From assembly GCA_963733035.1 (NCBI GenBank), contig CAVTBU010000005.1:1760001-1824000 (forward strand): 64,000 nucleotides of DNA, given 5' to 3'. The notes beneath the pieces are model-generated. The model ran no database searches. It was not told the origin of the DNA and saw nothing but the letters and a program-made list of their open reading frames with translations. Positions 32,450-43,040 of this stretch are shown one piece after another. The DNA is from Pirellulales bacterium. GTDB taxonomy: Bacteria > Planctomycetota > Planctomycetia > Pirellulales > PALSA-1355. Position 1 is the first letter of the stretch. Each line of letters starts with the position of its first letter. The translations under genes were made by a program, and so were the position numbers.

Positions 32450-33337
32450 ATGCAACGGCACGTCGATCATGTGCTGACCCGCCTCGATTGGATGCGCAGC
32501 GAGCGCATCTGGCCAAACGGATTGCGCTATCTTTGGACCGACGCTTTCGGTGTGACCCTGCTGGTGTCGTTGCACGACGCGCTAGTCGACGAAGCTTTTC
32601 TCGATCAGGCCGAGCAGGTCGTGGCCGACGTGGACCGCGTGTTGGGGCGACCACTCGGGATCCGCATCGGCGAAGAGTCGGATCGGGACGGCCAGTACTA
32701 TCACTATCTGGGCATGTGGCTATTCGCCCTCTGGCGGCTCGGGCAGCATCGCCCCGAGTACCATCGCAGCGCGATCGAACTGGCCCGCACGATCCACCCG
32801 CGGTTCGTCGTCCCTGGCGTGGGCGTGCACTGGAAGATGCTCGAGGACCTGAGCGGCCCGTACCCAGGTTTTGGAATGGGGGCACTCGATGCCTTTCATG
32901 GTCTGGTGGTTTATCGGCTGCTAGACGCACATGCGCTGGCCCGCGAGATTGCCGACATGAGTCGGATCGTGCAGCAGACGTTCTCGCAATTGCACGTGAC
33001 CCAGGACCTGGGGTTGGGCATGTTGCTCTGGATGTCGCACTTCTTTCCCAACGAAGTTTGGGCGGCGACGCTACGCGAGCGGTCGCTCACGATGCTCGAC
33101 TCGATGTGGATCGATCCACCGGGGTACTTCTGCCGCGAGCCGTACTTGCCGCACGTTTGCTTTGCCTTCACCAACTATGGAGTTTCGATCGGCCTGCAAG
33201 CCGTCGGCGCGAGTTCCGACCGCGTGGAGACTCTCAATCGCTATTTTGAAACCTACCGTTCCGGCGATGAGTACGACACCAACGCCATCACCCACGTGAT
33301 GGGGTGTTGCTCCTGGCTGCCGGGTTGCCTGTTGTAG
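32450..33337 (+). CDS. Uncharacterised conserved-looking protein (possible alpha/alpha-barrel)
   Basis: 295-aa ORF co-oriented with 8-10 bp gaps; RYLWTDAFGV and DGQYYHYL motifs. Confidence 0.7.
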   Translation: MQRHVDHVLTRLDWMRSERIWPNGLRYLWTDAFGVTLLVSLHDALVDEAFLDQAEQVVADVDRVLGRPLGIRIGEESDRDGQYYHYLGMWLFALWRLGQHRPEYHRSAIELARTIHPRFVVPGVGVHWKMLEDLSGPYPGFGMGALDAFHGLVVYRLLDAHALAREIADMSRIVQQTFSQLHVTQDLGLGMLLWMSHFFPNEVWAATLRERSLTMLDSMWIDPPGYFCREPYLPHVCFAFTNYGVSIGLQAVGASSDRVETLNRYFETYRSGDEYDTNAITHVMGCCSWLPGCLL

Positions 33338-33347
33338 GGCACAGGTC

Positions 33348-34997
33348 ATGCAAAACAATGCAAGCGTAAAAGGCGGTTGGGCCTTCGCCCTGTGGGTTGC
33401 ATTGGCCGGTCTGGCCGGCCAGGTGCTCGGAACTGAGTCGGCCGCGACGCGGCCAGAAACGAACATCGTCACGCTCGAGGTGTTCGTGCGCAGCGACTCA
33501 AAGCATTCACAAGATGCCGTTGAATACGTCCGGCAGCTCGAAAAGCAACGAACGGGGCTGCACGTGGAGGTCCACGACGTGCTCGAGGACGATGCCGCGC
33601 GCGCTACGTTTTGGGAACTGGCCAAGAAGTTCAAGGCCAAGAAACCCGGACTGCCCGCGTTTTTTGCCTGCGATCGCGCGGGTTTCGGATTTGCCGATGC
33701 CGCGACAAGCGGCCGTTCAATCGAGAACTTGCTCACGATTCGAGCCTTCGTACGCGAAGGTTGTCCGCATTGCCAGGCCGCGAAGCGATTCTTGAAAGAG
33801 CTCGAGCAGCGCTGGCCGGCGATCCGTGTCGAGTTGAACGACGTAATTGCCGATCCCGCGGCGCACCGCAGAATGACCGCCCTGGCAAAACAATACGGGC
33901 AACATGTCGCGTCCTTGCCCGCAATCGAAATCTGCGGTCGCTTCCACATCGGGTACGACACCGACGCCACGAGCGGCGCGCGTCTCGAATCGATTCTCCG
34001 CAAAGCGAGCGACCCCCTGCGCGGAATTCAAGTACCAGACCACACACGCCAAGGCCGCCGGAAGCAGCGGGACCGCCAACTCGGACTGGACGCGACCCCC
34101 ATCCTTCAATTGGCGAGTATTCAGGTGGTTGGTATCGCGCCGATGCTCGTCGCCGCCGACGAACCACCGCCATTGCCTCCGGTTGTTGAAGACGATACCG
34201 AGGTGGTCGGACCGGTCGAAACTGCGCCCGGTCCGCAAGGGATTCAAGTGCCGTGGTTCGGCACGCTGTGGGTCGACGAGGTGGGAATGCCCGCGTTCAC
34301 GCTGGCGATCGGGCTGGTCGATGGGTTCAATCCATGTGCGATGTGGGTACTCGTGTTTCTGCTTTCGGTGCTGGTGAACGTTCGCAGTCGGGCGAAGATC
34401 CTCGCGATCGCCGGCACGTTTGTGCTGGTCAGTGGATTGGCGTACTTCGCGTTCATGGCCGCTTGGCTCAACGTATTTCTGCTCGTGGGTTTCCTGCGTC
34501 CGCTGCAAATAACATTGGGGCTGATGGCGATATTTATCGGCTTGATCAACGTGAAGGATTTCGTGGCCTTCAAGCAGGGGATATCGCTGTCGATTCCCGA
34601 ATCGGCCAAAGAGGGGATCTACGACCGCGTTCGCAAGATCGTGTCGGCGAAGTACCTTGGTGTGGCCGTGGCAATGGCCGTTGTTCTGGCAGTAGGTGTG
34701 AACATCGTCGAACTGTTGTGCACGGCGGGGTTACCGGCGCTGTACACACAAATCTTGACGCTGCAGAAACTACCCGGCTGGAAAAACTACGCCTATTTGG
34801 TGCTCTACAATGTGGCCTACATGTTCGACGACACGCTCATGTTGGCGGCGTTCGTCATCACGCTTTCGCACCGCAAAGTGCAAGAAAGGGAAGGGCGGTG
34901 GCTCAAGCTTGTCAGCGGTCTGGTAGTCCTGGCACTGGGAGTGGTGATGATCTTTCGACCGAGTTGGCTGCAACTTGCCGCCGCCCAGCCGCTCTAG
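33348..34997 (+). CDS. Glutaredoxin/thioredoxin-domain membrane protein with CcdA/DsbD-like TM domain
   Basis: Signal peptide; FVREGCPHC; TM region with DGFNPCAMW and ELLCTAGLP cysteines. Confidence 0.8.
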   Translation: MQNNASVKGGWAFALWVALAGLAGQVLGTESAATRPETNIVTLEVFVRSDSKHSQDAVEYVRQLEKQRTGLHVEVHDVLEDDAARATFWELAKKFKAKKPGLPAFFACDRAGFGFADAATSGRSIENLLTIRAFVREGCPHCQAAKRFLKELEQRWPAIRVELNDVIADPAAHRRMTALAKQYGQHVASLPAIEICGRFHIGYDTDATSGARLESILRKASDPLRGIQVPDHTRQGRRKQRDRQLGLDATPILQLASIQVVGIAPMLVAADEPPPLPPVVEDDTEVVGPVETAPGPQGIQVPWFGTLWVDEVGMPAFTLAIGLVDGFNPCAMWVLVFLLSVLVNVRSRAKILAIAGTFVLVSGLAYFAFMAAWLNVFLLVGFLRPLQITLGLMAIFIGLINVKDFVAFKQGISLSIPESAKEGIYDRVRKIVSAKYLGVAVAMAVVLAVGVNIVELLCTAGLPALYTQILTLQKLPGWKNYAYLVLYNVAYMFDDTLMLAAFVITLSHRKVQEREGRWLKLVSGLVVLALGVVMIFRPSWLQLAAAQPL

Positions 34998-35049
34998 TCA
35001 GCAAATGCCAAGGCTGTCAATACGAACGAATCGCGCCGCCTTTGCGCAA

Positions 35050-36438
35050 TTACTTGTCCACGACCACTTTCTCACCGTCGAAGATCTCCGACATGTTGCC
35101 GAGGATCACTTGCTCGGTACCGTCGAAGTTCTTCCAGTCGTTGCCGACTTTCTTGTTCAAGATTTCGACCCAATCGTCCGTGTGCACGCCGGTTTCCACG
35201 GGGATTTGAACGGCCTTGCCGTTTTCATAGAAATAGCAACACTCCTGGTTGCCGATTTCCGTAATCGTGGCCCTCGGCAACACCGTGGCGTTTTTGCGGT
35301 CGAAAATCACGCGGCCGTACGCATACATACCCGGTAGCAGGCGGGCGTCGGGATTATGCAAGTCAATTTCGGCCCGGAGCGTGCGGCTTTTGAAGTTCAA
35401 CGCCCACGACGATCGCGTCACTTCGCCCGGGATTTCATCGTCTTGAAATGCGGTAACCAGCACGCCACCCTTGGTCACTGTGCGTGGATCTCCGGAACGT
35501 TTCTCCACTTTGCTGACGATGTAGTTGGCGTCCTGCTCCGGAACGTCAACGTACACGCGCACCACGTCCGTTCGCGCGACAACGTAGATCGGCGTCGCTT
35601 CGGCCGCCGACTTATCGCCCGAGCGTGCCGCCGCCGAGGGATCGCCCGTCGCCGGCAGCACGAAGTCGCCAGTGTTGATATTGCGAAGCACCACGATGCC
35701 GTCGTACGGAGCCAACAACTTGGTATAGCTGAAGAGTGCTTCGACCCGTTTTAGATCCGCGTCGGCAACCTGCAGCCGGGCCTTGGCCACGTCGACATCG
35801 ACCCGGGCTTTGTCCAAGTCGGCGGTACGGGAGACCAGATCGGCCTCGGCCGTTTGCACGGCGGCTAGCGCCGCTGCCCGGCTGGCGATGCTGGCTTGCA
35901 GTTGCCGGGTGGACTCGTCGAGGATTTGCTCGTCGAGCACGTCCTCTTCGACGAGCTTCGTTTCGCGGCGAACTTCCGACTCCCAGCGTACGACCAGCGC
36001 TTCGGCCTGGCCGACGTTCGCCTTGGCCTCGGCCACCTGAGCGCGTGCCGCGGCAAGATTGCCTTGCGCCACCTCGACCAGTTTCTCGGACTGTCGCACC
36101 AGCGCCGTGTCCATCGCAACCTGGGACTTCTTGAGCGCGACTTCCTCCCGCAACTCGGGAATATAAAGCGTCGCTAACACCTGGTTCTTCTTGATGGGGT
36201 CGCCGATGTCCACGTTCCAACGAAGCACGTAGGCCGGCAATTTGGCGTAGATGGCCGTCTGTTCGTACGAATCGATGAATGAAGGCTGTCCGATCACGCG
36301 TTGGAGATCGCGCTTGCTGGTTTTCACCAGACTGACGTGCGGATCGGTGCTGAGCGGCTCTTTGGCCGGCAGCGGCTTGGCGCCGCAGCCCGAAGCTGCC
36401 AGAGGCAGTAACATTAACAGGAGACCAACATATCGCAT
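35050..36438 (-). CDS. RND efflux membrane-fusion (periplasmic adaptor) lipoprotein
   Basis: Lipobox-like ASGC; VDIGDPIKKNQVLA; APYDGIV; SRTLRAEIDL; LLPGMYA. Confidence 0.9.
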   Translation of the reverse strand: MRYVGLLLMLLPLAASGCGAKPLPAKEPLSTDPHVSLVKTSKRDLQRVIGQPSFIDSYEQTAIYAKLPAYVLRWNVDIGDPIKKNQVLATLYIPELREEVALKKSQVAMDTALVRQSEKLVEVAQGNLAAARAQVAEAKANVGQAEALVVRWESEVRRETKLVEEDVLDEQILDESTRQLQASIASRAAALAAVQTAEADLVSRTADLDKARVDVDVAKARLQVADADLKRVEALFSYTKLLAPYDGIVVLRNINTGDFVLPATGDPSAAARSGDKSAAEATPIYVVARTDVVRVYVDVPEQDANYIVSKVEKRSGDPRTVTKGGVLVTAFQDDEIPGEVTRSSWALNFKSRTLRAEIDLHNPDARLLPGMYAYGRVIFDRKNATVLPRATITEIGNQECCYFYENGKAVQIPVETGVHTDDWVEILNKKVGNDWKNFDGTEQVILGNMSEIFDGEKVVVDK

Positions 36439-39400
36439 GACGCGTCCTCCTCGTGTGCGGAATGTTCGTCTGGGGCATCCTCCGGCGGATCGTAGTACGA
36501 GCTGTCACTGTCGTCGGGATGCACCGACATCGAGCGCCGCACCGAGGAGCCAAGCACCAGGGCAAAAACGGCCGGCACAATCGTCAGCGTGGCCAGCGTC
36601 GACATGATCAGGCCGCCAATCACGGCTCGGCCCAGCGGCGCCTGCATTTGGCTGCCCGCTTCCAGTGCCAGCGACATCGGAACCATGCCGACGGTCATCG
36701 CGCAGGCCGTCATCAAAATCGGCCGCAAGCGGTCGGCGGCGGCGCGCACCGCGGCTTTGTGCGGCAACATGCCCCCTTTCCAGTGTTCGTTGGCAAACGT
36801 GACCAGCATCACGGAGTTCGACACCGAAACGCCGATGCACATGATCGTGCCCATGAACGATTCGAGATTCAGCGTCGTGCCGGTGGCAAACAGCATCAGC
36901 ACCACCCCGGCCAACACGCACGGCACGGCGCTCACCGAGATGATCGCCAGTCGAGGCGATTCGAAATACGCGGTCAACAGCAGCAGAATCACCACCACGG
37001 CGATCGACAGACCGATGCCCAGCGCCTTGAACATGTCATCCATCGGCGTCAGCTGTCCGCGGGTCATCACCCGCACGCCCCGAGGCGCCTTGCCCGCACG
37101 GGCGACCGCCTTGGCCACCTGCCGCGAAGCGCTGCCCATATCCTCTCCCTCGACGTTGGCCGTGATGCTGATATAGCGCTGCGACGCCACGCGGTCGTAT
37201 TCGCCCGGCATCGTGCTTTCGCGAATGTCGGCCACGTCGCGCACCATCAGGTTGACGACGTTGTTGACTTGCTCGACCGGTAGCCGCGCCACTTGTTCCG
37301 ACGATGTCATCCGCTGGGTCGGCACGAGCACCTCGACCTGGTAATCAAAGCCCGTCGCCGGGTTCTTCCAGTAGTTCAGCGCAATGAATCGGCTGGACGA
37401 CGTGGCCACGATGGCCGCGTTGCCCACTTGCTGAACGGTAACGCCCGACAGGCCGGCCTTTTCGCGGTCGATGTCCACCTCGACCGTGGGATACTCGAGC
37501 GTTTGCTCGAAATCAACGTCGCGCAGATAAGGAATCTGGCACATCTCCTCCTTGATTCTCTGGGCATGACGGCGAGCCTCGTCCAGGTCGGGACTGGCCA
37601 CCACAATTTCAATCGGCGTGGGCGACCCAAAGCTCATCACCTCGGTGATGATGTTGCCCGGCTGAAAGCCAAACATCGAGCTCTCGGCGCGTTGTCGGGC
37701 AACCTCGGGCATGACCCCTTTCTTTTCCAGTACTTTGGCCAGCCAGGGGATGATCTTCTTGGGCAGCTCCTGGCGCATCCGCTCGCGGAAGGCGGCCAGG
37801 TCGATCTTCGCCTCGTCGCGAAAACGCATTCGCAGCCAGCCGTCGTCGGGACCGCGCATGAACAGTACGATGTTGTTCATGCCGAAGTTCGGGGCGATCT
37901 GACCGGCGTAGCCGATTGAGACTTTTACGTTCTCGGCGCCGACGGCCTCCTCCATGAGCTGCAGGATTTTGACGCCCATCTCGCGCGTGATTTCGTAGTT
38001 CGTGCCGCGCGGCGGCCGGTAGCGCAGCACGAACTCAGTGGAGTTGATCTGCGGAAACAACTCGGTGCCGGTGCGCGTGCCAATTTGCCACAGGACGATC
38101 GCGCAGAAGGCCACGTACGCGCCCACCACCAGGCGGCGATGGGTCACGTTGAACTCAACAATGCGTTCGAACGCCGCCTGAAAGCGGCCGAAGAATCCGC
38201 CGCCTTCGTCGTCGTGCGACTTGTGTTTGAGCAGCCACACGCAAACGATCGGCACCAGCGTGCTCGAGAGGATGTAGGACGAAATCATGGCGAATCCGAC
38301 GGCCAAGGCCAGCGGCATGAACAACGCCCGCATCGGGTCGACCATGATGAACGCCGGAATGAATACCGACAGAATACACAGCATCGCCAACAGCCGCGGC
38401 ACGGCGGTCTGCATGCTGCCTCGTTCGACTGCGCGCGAGAGCCGTTTCGTTTTCCCCATCTGCACGTGGATGTTTTCGATCGAGACCGTCGCCTCGTCGA
38501 CCAGCATACCGATCGCCAGCGCCATGCCGCCCAGCGACATGATGTTGATCGTGCCGCCCGTCAGCCAAAGTCCGGTCAGCGAGCCCGTCAGGGCCAGCGG
38601 GATATTGAGCACAACCACAACCACGCTGCGCACATCGCGCAGAAAGATCAGAATCATCAGGCCGGTCAGCGTTGCGCCAATCAGGCCTTCCGTGGCCACG
38701 CTATGAATCGCCGCCACGACCGTCGGCGACTCGTCGAACGCGTAGCTGATCTTGATGTCCTCGGGCACGGCGTCGGAGAACACCGGAAGCGATTTGTGAA
38801 TGTCGGCCACGACCGACAGCGTGGACGCGGTGCTTTTCTTGATGATCGGCAAAAACACGCTCGTCTTGCCGTTAACCAGCGCGCAGCCGTAGTTCACGTC
38901 GGTGCCGTCGGTGATCTTGGCCACGTCGCGAATGTAGACATTGCGTCCCATGCGGAGCGGAATCTTGCTGATCTCCTGGATATCGTCGACCAGCGCGTTG
39001 TTGGGCACCATCGGCATCTGGTCGCGGATATAGACGTTCCCGGCCGGAATGATCGCATTGCCGGTCATCAGCGCGTTGACGACGTCTTGCGGCATCAGGT
39101 TGTACGACTGCAGCTTCTGTGGGTCGACATTCACCAGAATCGTTCGCGCGTTCGGACCAAACGGCGAGACGGCCACCGTCCCCGGCACGTTCTGCTGCAC
39201 CAGCGGACGGATGATGTTCTGCGCATAGTCCGCCACCAGTCCCAGCGGCGTCTTCTTGCTTTCGAGCACCAGGTAGCCAACCGGCACGCTTCCCTCGTCC
39301 ATCCGCATCACCATCGGCGGCAACGTGCCAGGTGGCATGCGAGACATCGCGCGATTGGCCATCGCCACGACCGCCGATTCGGCCACGCCCATATCGGTGC

Positions 39401-39692
39401 CCGGAAAGAACGACAACTTGACCAGCGCCACTTGTTGAATGCTGCGAGACTCGATTTCCTTGACGCCGTCGACGTACTGAAACATCAACTCAAACTGGTT
39501 GACGATCAGGCCTTCCATCTGCCCGGGGCTCATGCCGCCGTACTGCAGAAAGACGTAGATCCGCGGCTCGTTGAGCGACGGAAAAATCTCGATCCGCATC
39601 CGCGTCAGGGCCAAGCTGCCGCCGGCTATCAGTCCGACCACCAGCGTGAGCGTGGTGATCGGGTGCTTCATCGCGAACCAGATTGGGTTCAT
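36414..39692 (-). CDS. RND efflux permease
   Basis: NIMSLGGMALAIGMLVDEATVSIENI, RLRPILMTA, APLGRAVIGGL; start at MNPIWFAMKHP. Confidence 0.93.
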   Translation of the reverse strand: MNPIWFAMKHPITTLTLVVGLIAGGSLALTRMRIEIFPSLNEPRIYVFLQYGGMSPGQMEGLIVNQFELMFQYVDGVKEIESRSIQQVALVKLSFFPGTDMGVAESAVVAMANRAMSRMPPGTLPPMVMRMDEGSVPVGYLVLESKKTPLGLVADYAQNIIRPLVQQNVPGTVAVSPFGPNARTILVNVDPQKLQSYNLMPQDVVNALMTGNAIIPAGNVYIRDQMPMVPNNALVDDIQEISKIPLRMGRNVYIRDVAKITDGTDVNYGCALVNGKTSVFLPIIKKSTASTLSVVADIHKSLPVFSDAVPEDIKISYAFDESPTVVAAIHSVATEGLIGATLTGLMILIFLRDVRSVVVVVLNIPLALTGSLTGLWLTGGTINIMSLGGMALAIGMLVDEATVSIENIHVQMGKTKRLSRAVERGSMQTAVPRLLAMLCILSVFIPAFIMVDPMRALFMPLALAVGFAMISSYILSSTLVPIVCVWLLKHKSHDDEGGGFFGRFQAAFERIVEFNVTHRRLVVGAYVAFCAIVLWQIGTRTGTELFPQINSTEFVLRYRPPRGTNYEITREMGVKILQLMEEAVGAENVKVSIGYAGQIAPNFGMNNIVLFMRGPDDGWLRMRFRDEAKIDLAAFRERMRQELPKKIIPWLAKVLEKKGVMPEVARQRAESSMFGFQPGNIITEVMSFGSPTPIEIVVASPDLDEARRHAQRIKEEMCQIPYLRDVDFEQTLEYPTVEVDIDREKAGLSGVTVQQVGNAAIVATSSSRFIALNYWKNPATGFDYQVEVLVPTQRMTSSEQVARLPVEQVNNVVNLMVRDVADIRESTMPGEYDRVASQRYISITANVEGEDMGSASRQVAKAVARAGKAPRGVRVMTRGQLTPMDDMFKALGIGLSIAVVVILLLLTAYFESPRLAIISVSAVPCVLAGVVLMLFATGTTLNLESFMGTIMCIGVSVSNSVMLVTFANEHWKGGMLPHKAAVRAAADRLRPILMTACAMTVGMVPMSLALEAGSQMQAPLGRAVIGGLIMSTLATLTIVPAVFALVLGSSVRRSMSVHPDDSDSSYYDPPEDAPDEHSAHEEDASCDMLVSC

Positions 39693-39982
39693 GGCGCTGG
39701 CAGGGTGGAGTCGGAGGGCGGGGAAAACCGGGGGATTTCGAGGGCATCCAACCGTACGAGGCGAAATAACGGGTGTCAATTTATCGAGACCCGGCAATTT
39801 GGGCGGAAATCGGTTTGGTTGTCGAATACTCCGAAACTCGCGGTTGTATGAATTGGTGCAGCGCCGCCGCGCTATGTCCCGATACTTTTCGCATAGGGCA
39901 GCTCTGAGTGCAGGGGTGCTATTTCTCTGGGAGACGAAAACCGCGACGAAGGTTTCCAGATGCCTGACTCCACGGCGGCAGT

Positions 39983-41722
39983 ATGCCAGGCCAGCCGCGG
40001 CGCCGGATATCGGCGCGCTTGCCGTCGCTTGGCGCACTCCTGGGATTCTGCAGGCTGCTAGCAGTCGTGGTGTTGCTTTCAGACGCCTCCACGACGGTCG
40101 CCCAATCGCCCCGAGCAACGATGCGAACTGCCGCGCTCGAACGCCTGCCACCCGTTCAAAGCATGCCCGAATTGGTCACCACGCCCGCGCCTGCTGAAGC
40201 TCAAATGCAGATGCCCGCGCAGGACTTCGCGCTTTCCGGCAGCGGATCCGTGCTCTCCGGTCCACGCCGCTCCGAGCCCGCGATCCGTCCTGCCTTCGCG
40301 ACGGTGCAGCCGACGGGCTCGGAGCAACCGCTGCCGATTAACCTGGCTACGGCCCTGCGGCTCTCGGACGCGCGGCCGCTGGTCGTGGCGGCAGCCGAGG
40401 CTCGAATCCAAATTGCCGCGGCCCGCTTGGAAAAGGCGGGCGTGCTGTGGTTGCCGAACATCAACGGAGGCTCTGCCTACATCAATCACACCGGCGGCAA
40501 CCAGGCTTTCACCGGCAACCTGGTTACGAATAGCACCAACTTCCTGTACGCCGGTGGTAGCCTGGAATTGCGGGTCGCGACCACCGACGCGATCTTCGAG
40601 CCGCTGGCCGCCCGCCAGGAACTGCGCGCCCGAAACATCGACCTGCAAACGGCTCGCAACGACGCCCTGCTGGCAACGGCCGAGGCGTACTTTACGGTCC
40701 AGCAGGCCCGTGGCTCGTATACCGCCATGCGCGACGCGGTCGCCAAATCGGCCGACCTGGTCAAGCGCGTCGAGAGTCTGGCCCGTGGCCTGGCTCCGCG
40801 TGACGAAATCTATCGGGCTCGCACGCTACACGCCGAGTTGGAAGAGGCAGCCGCGCTGGCCAAGCAGAAGTGGCAGGTGGCAAGCGCCCACTTGACGCGT
40901 GTGCTGCGGTTGAATCCCGCGGCGGTGGTCGTGCCGCTCGAGCCAGACTTCATGCAAGTTTCGCTGGTTTCTGGGCGAGCCAGTCTCGACGAGTTGATCC
41001 CGATCGGACTGACGAACCGGCCAGAGCTGGCGTCGCATCAGGCGGTCGTGCAGGCCACGTTGGCCCGGCTCAAGCAGGAACGGATGCGCCCGCTGATTCC
41101 CAGCCTCTTAGTGACCGGCAACGGCACGCCGGACTTCCTTTTCCAGGGCGGCGTATTCGGCACCGGCGGCAGCAGTGGTCTGAACCAGTGGGCCGGTCGT
41201 AGCGACATCAGTGCCCAGATCGTCTGGCGGATGGAAAATCTGGCCCTTGGCAACCAGGCGTTGATTCGCGAGCGGCGCGGCCAAATGAACCTGGCGATGG
41301 TCGAGTTGTTCGAAGTGCAAGACCGCGTGGCGGCCGAAGTGACCCAGGCCAAGGCGGACGTCGAATCGGCCACATTTCGCGTGGGTCAGGCCGAAAAAGG
41401 GCTCCACGAGGGGCTGGCGTCGTATGCCGGAAACCTGCGGGGGTTGGGCCAAACCACGCGCTTCAACGATTTGCTCACGCTGGTTAACCGGCCCCAGGAA
41501 GTGGTCGCCTCGCTGCAACAGCTCCAGCAGGCCTATATCAACTACTACGAGACCGTGGCCGATTTCAACCGTTCGCAATTCCGGCTGTTTTACGCGCTTG
41601 GTTTTCCGGCCCACATCTTGGCGTGCCAGCGACCGCCCGGAACGGTCGAGCCGGTCGATACCTCGCGACCAGGGTACATGCCGGCCGTCATGGCAGCCGA
41701 GCCCTGCGGATGCCCGCCCTGA
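39983..41722 (+). CDS. TolC-family outer-membrane efflux protein
   Basis: PINLATALRL, WLPNIN, AEAYF, NRPEL, FNRSQFRLFYALG; divergent from the RND permease. Start uncertain. Confidence 0.8.
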   Translation: MPGQPRRRISARLPSLGALLGFCRLLAVVVLLSDASTTVAQSPRATMRTAALERLPPVQSMPELVTTPAPAEAQMQMPAQDFALSGSGSVLSGPRRSEPAIRPAFATVQPTGSEQPLPINLATALRLSDARPLVVAAAEARIQIAAARLEKAGVLWLPNINGGSAYINHTGGNQAFTGNLVTNSTNFLYAGGSLELRVATTDAIFEPLAARQELRARNIDLQTARNDALLATAEAYFTVQQARGSYTAMRDAVAKSADLVKRVESLARGLAPRDEIYRARTLHAELEEAAALAKQKWQVASAHLTRVLRLNPAAVVVPLEPDFMQVSLVSGRASLDELIPIGLTNRPELASHQAVVQATLARLKQERMRPLIPSLLVTGNGTPDFLFQGGVFGTGGSSGLNQWAGRSDISAQIVWRMENLALGNQALIRERRGQMNLAMVELFEVQDRVAAEVTQAKADVESATFRVGQAEKGLHEGLASYAGNLRGLGQTTRFNDLLTLVNRPQEVVASLQQLQQAYINYYETVADFNRSQFRLFYALGFPAHILACQRPPGTVEPVDTSRPGYMPAVMAAEPCGCPP

Positions 41723-41956
41723 TGCCCCCGGCAGAGGTCGGGTGAGCGGTCCCGCAAGTCGATTGCCGCGTCGGGGTCCGGCGGCCGAAATCATACTCGA
41801 CGGAGCGGGGATGGACGGCTACAGTTGGGAGGAAACAATAGTAGAGTTGCGGTGTCGATGGATCGCAGCCGGCACCGGCGAGTTGGCCCCGATTTTCAAT
41901 AGTGCATTAGCTGCCCACCGGGCTTCCTTCCCGGCGGTAGAGCGTGAAACGGCATC

Positions 41957-43021
41957 GTGAATTCGAACCATCGTAAAAGCAGCGCCGCGCATCGCAACGG
42001 GCGCGGCCGAGGACCGGCTTGGGCCAAGCTGCCCGACGAAGAGCTGCTCAAGTTGCGGATCTGCGACCTTGGGCTGACGATCGAGGGCACCGTTCTGGAG
42101 GAGCGCACCGAGCGGCTTAGCGAAGAGCTGGAATATCGCGGCATACGCTTTCGGCCGCACTTCTGGTTGTCGGACGAATGGTTTTCGCCAGACGGCATAC
42201 CCGGCATCGCCATTCCGTTTTATTTGGCGCATCCACGATTGGCACGGCTCGAGCGAAAGCAGATGCTCGAAGTGGAAGGCGGCACCGAAGACTGGTGCCT
42301 GCGCATACTGCGTCACGAAGCGGGGCACGCGCTCGACACCGCTTATCGCTTGCATCGCCGCAAGCAGTATCGCAAGTTGTTCGGCAGCTACACGGCGCCC
42401 TATCCGGAACACTATCACCCGAAGCCGTATAGCAAGAACTACGTGCTGCACCTCGAACCTTCGTACGCGCAGGCGCATCCGGCCGAGGACTTTGCCGAAA
42501 CATTCGCGGTGTGGCTGCGTCCGCGGTCGCCGTGGCGCGCCACCTATCACGATTGGCCGGTCATTAAGAAACTCGAATATGTTGCCGAGTTGATGGATGA
42601 AATTCGCGGCGAGAAGCCGGTCGTATTCTCGCGCGAACACGTCGAACCGGTGCGCAAACTTCGCAAGACACTGGGTGAACACTACGCCAAACGTCGCGAT
42701 CAATACGGCATCAACTTGCCCAATCTATACGACCAGCATTTGCGTCGATTATTCTCCGATGCCGCGGCGTTTCCCGAGGCTCCCTCGGCCGCGTCATTCC
42801 TGCGACGCAACCGCGCCGAACTGCGCAAAACCGTCGCCCACTGGACGGGCGAGTATCAATACATTATTGATCAAGTGCTTGAGGAAATGATCGATCGGTG
42901 CGGAGAGCTCGATTTACGCATCGATCGGCCGGTTGATCAGGCCCAGCGCAACGCGCTCGTGCTGGTGACGGTGCAGACCATGAACTACCTGCACGGCGGA
43001 TATCACCGCGTTGCCCTGTAA
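41957..43021 (+). CDS. Putative zinc-binding metallopeptidase (zincin)
   Basis: LRHEAGHALD (HExxH) and YAQAHPAEDFAETFAVW. Confidence 0.85.
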   Translation: MNSNHRKSSAAHRNGRGRGPAWAKLPDEELLKLRICDLGLTIEGTVLEERTERLSEELEYRGIRFRPHFWLSDEWFSPDGIPGIAIPFYLAHPRLARLERKQMLEVEGGTEDWCLRILRHEAGHALDTAYRLHRRKQYRKLFGSYTAPYPEHYHPKPYSKNYVLHLEPSYAQAHPAEDFAETFAVWLRPRSPWRATYHDWPVIKKLEYVAELMDEIRGEKPVVFSREHVEPVRKLRKTLGEHYAKRRDQYGINLPNLYDQHLRRLFSDAAAFPEAPSAASFLRRNRAELRKTVAHWTGEYQYIIDQVLEEMIDRCGELDLRIDRPVDQAQRNALVLVTVQTMNYLHGGYHRVAL

Positions 43022-43040
43022 GCACGCGGATTTGCACGAC

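Noticed and set aside
38085..39851. Long antisense ORFs (also 11978-13618, 51260-53122, 53395-55281, 57300-59111)
   Set aside because: Shadow frames opposite well-supported genes, as expected at high GC.
41883..41900. TTGGCCCCGATTTTCA as a sigma54 promoter
   Set aside because: Lacks the -12 GC.
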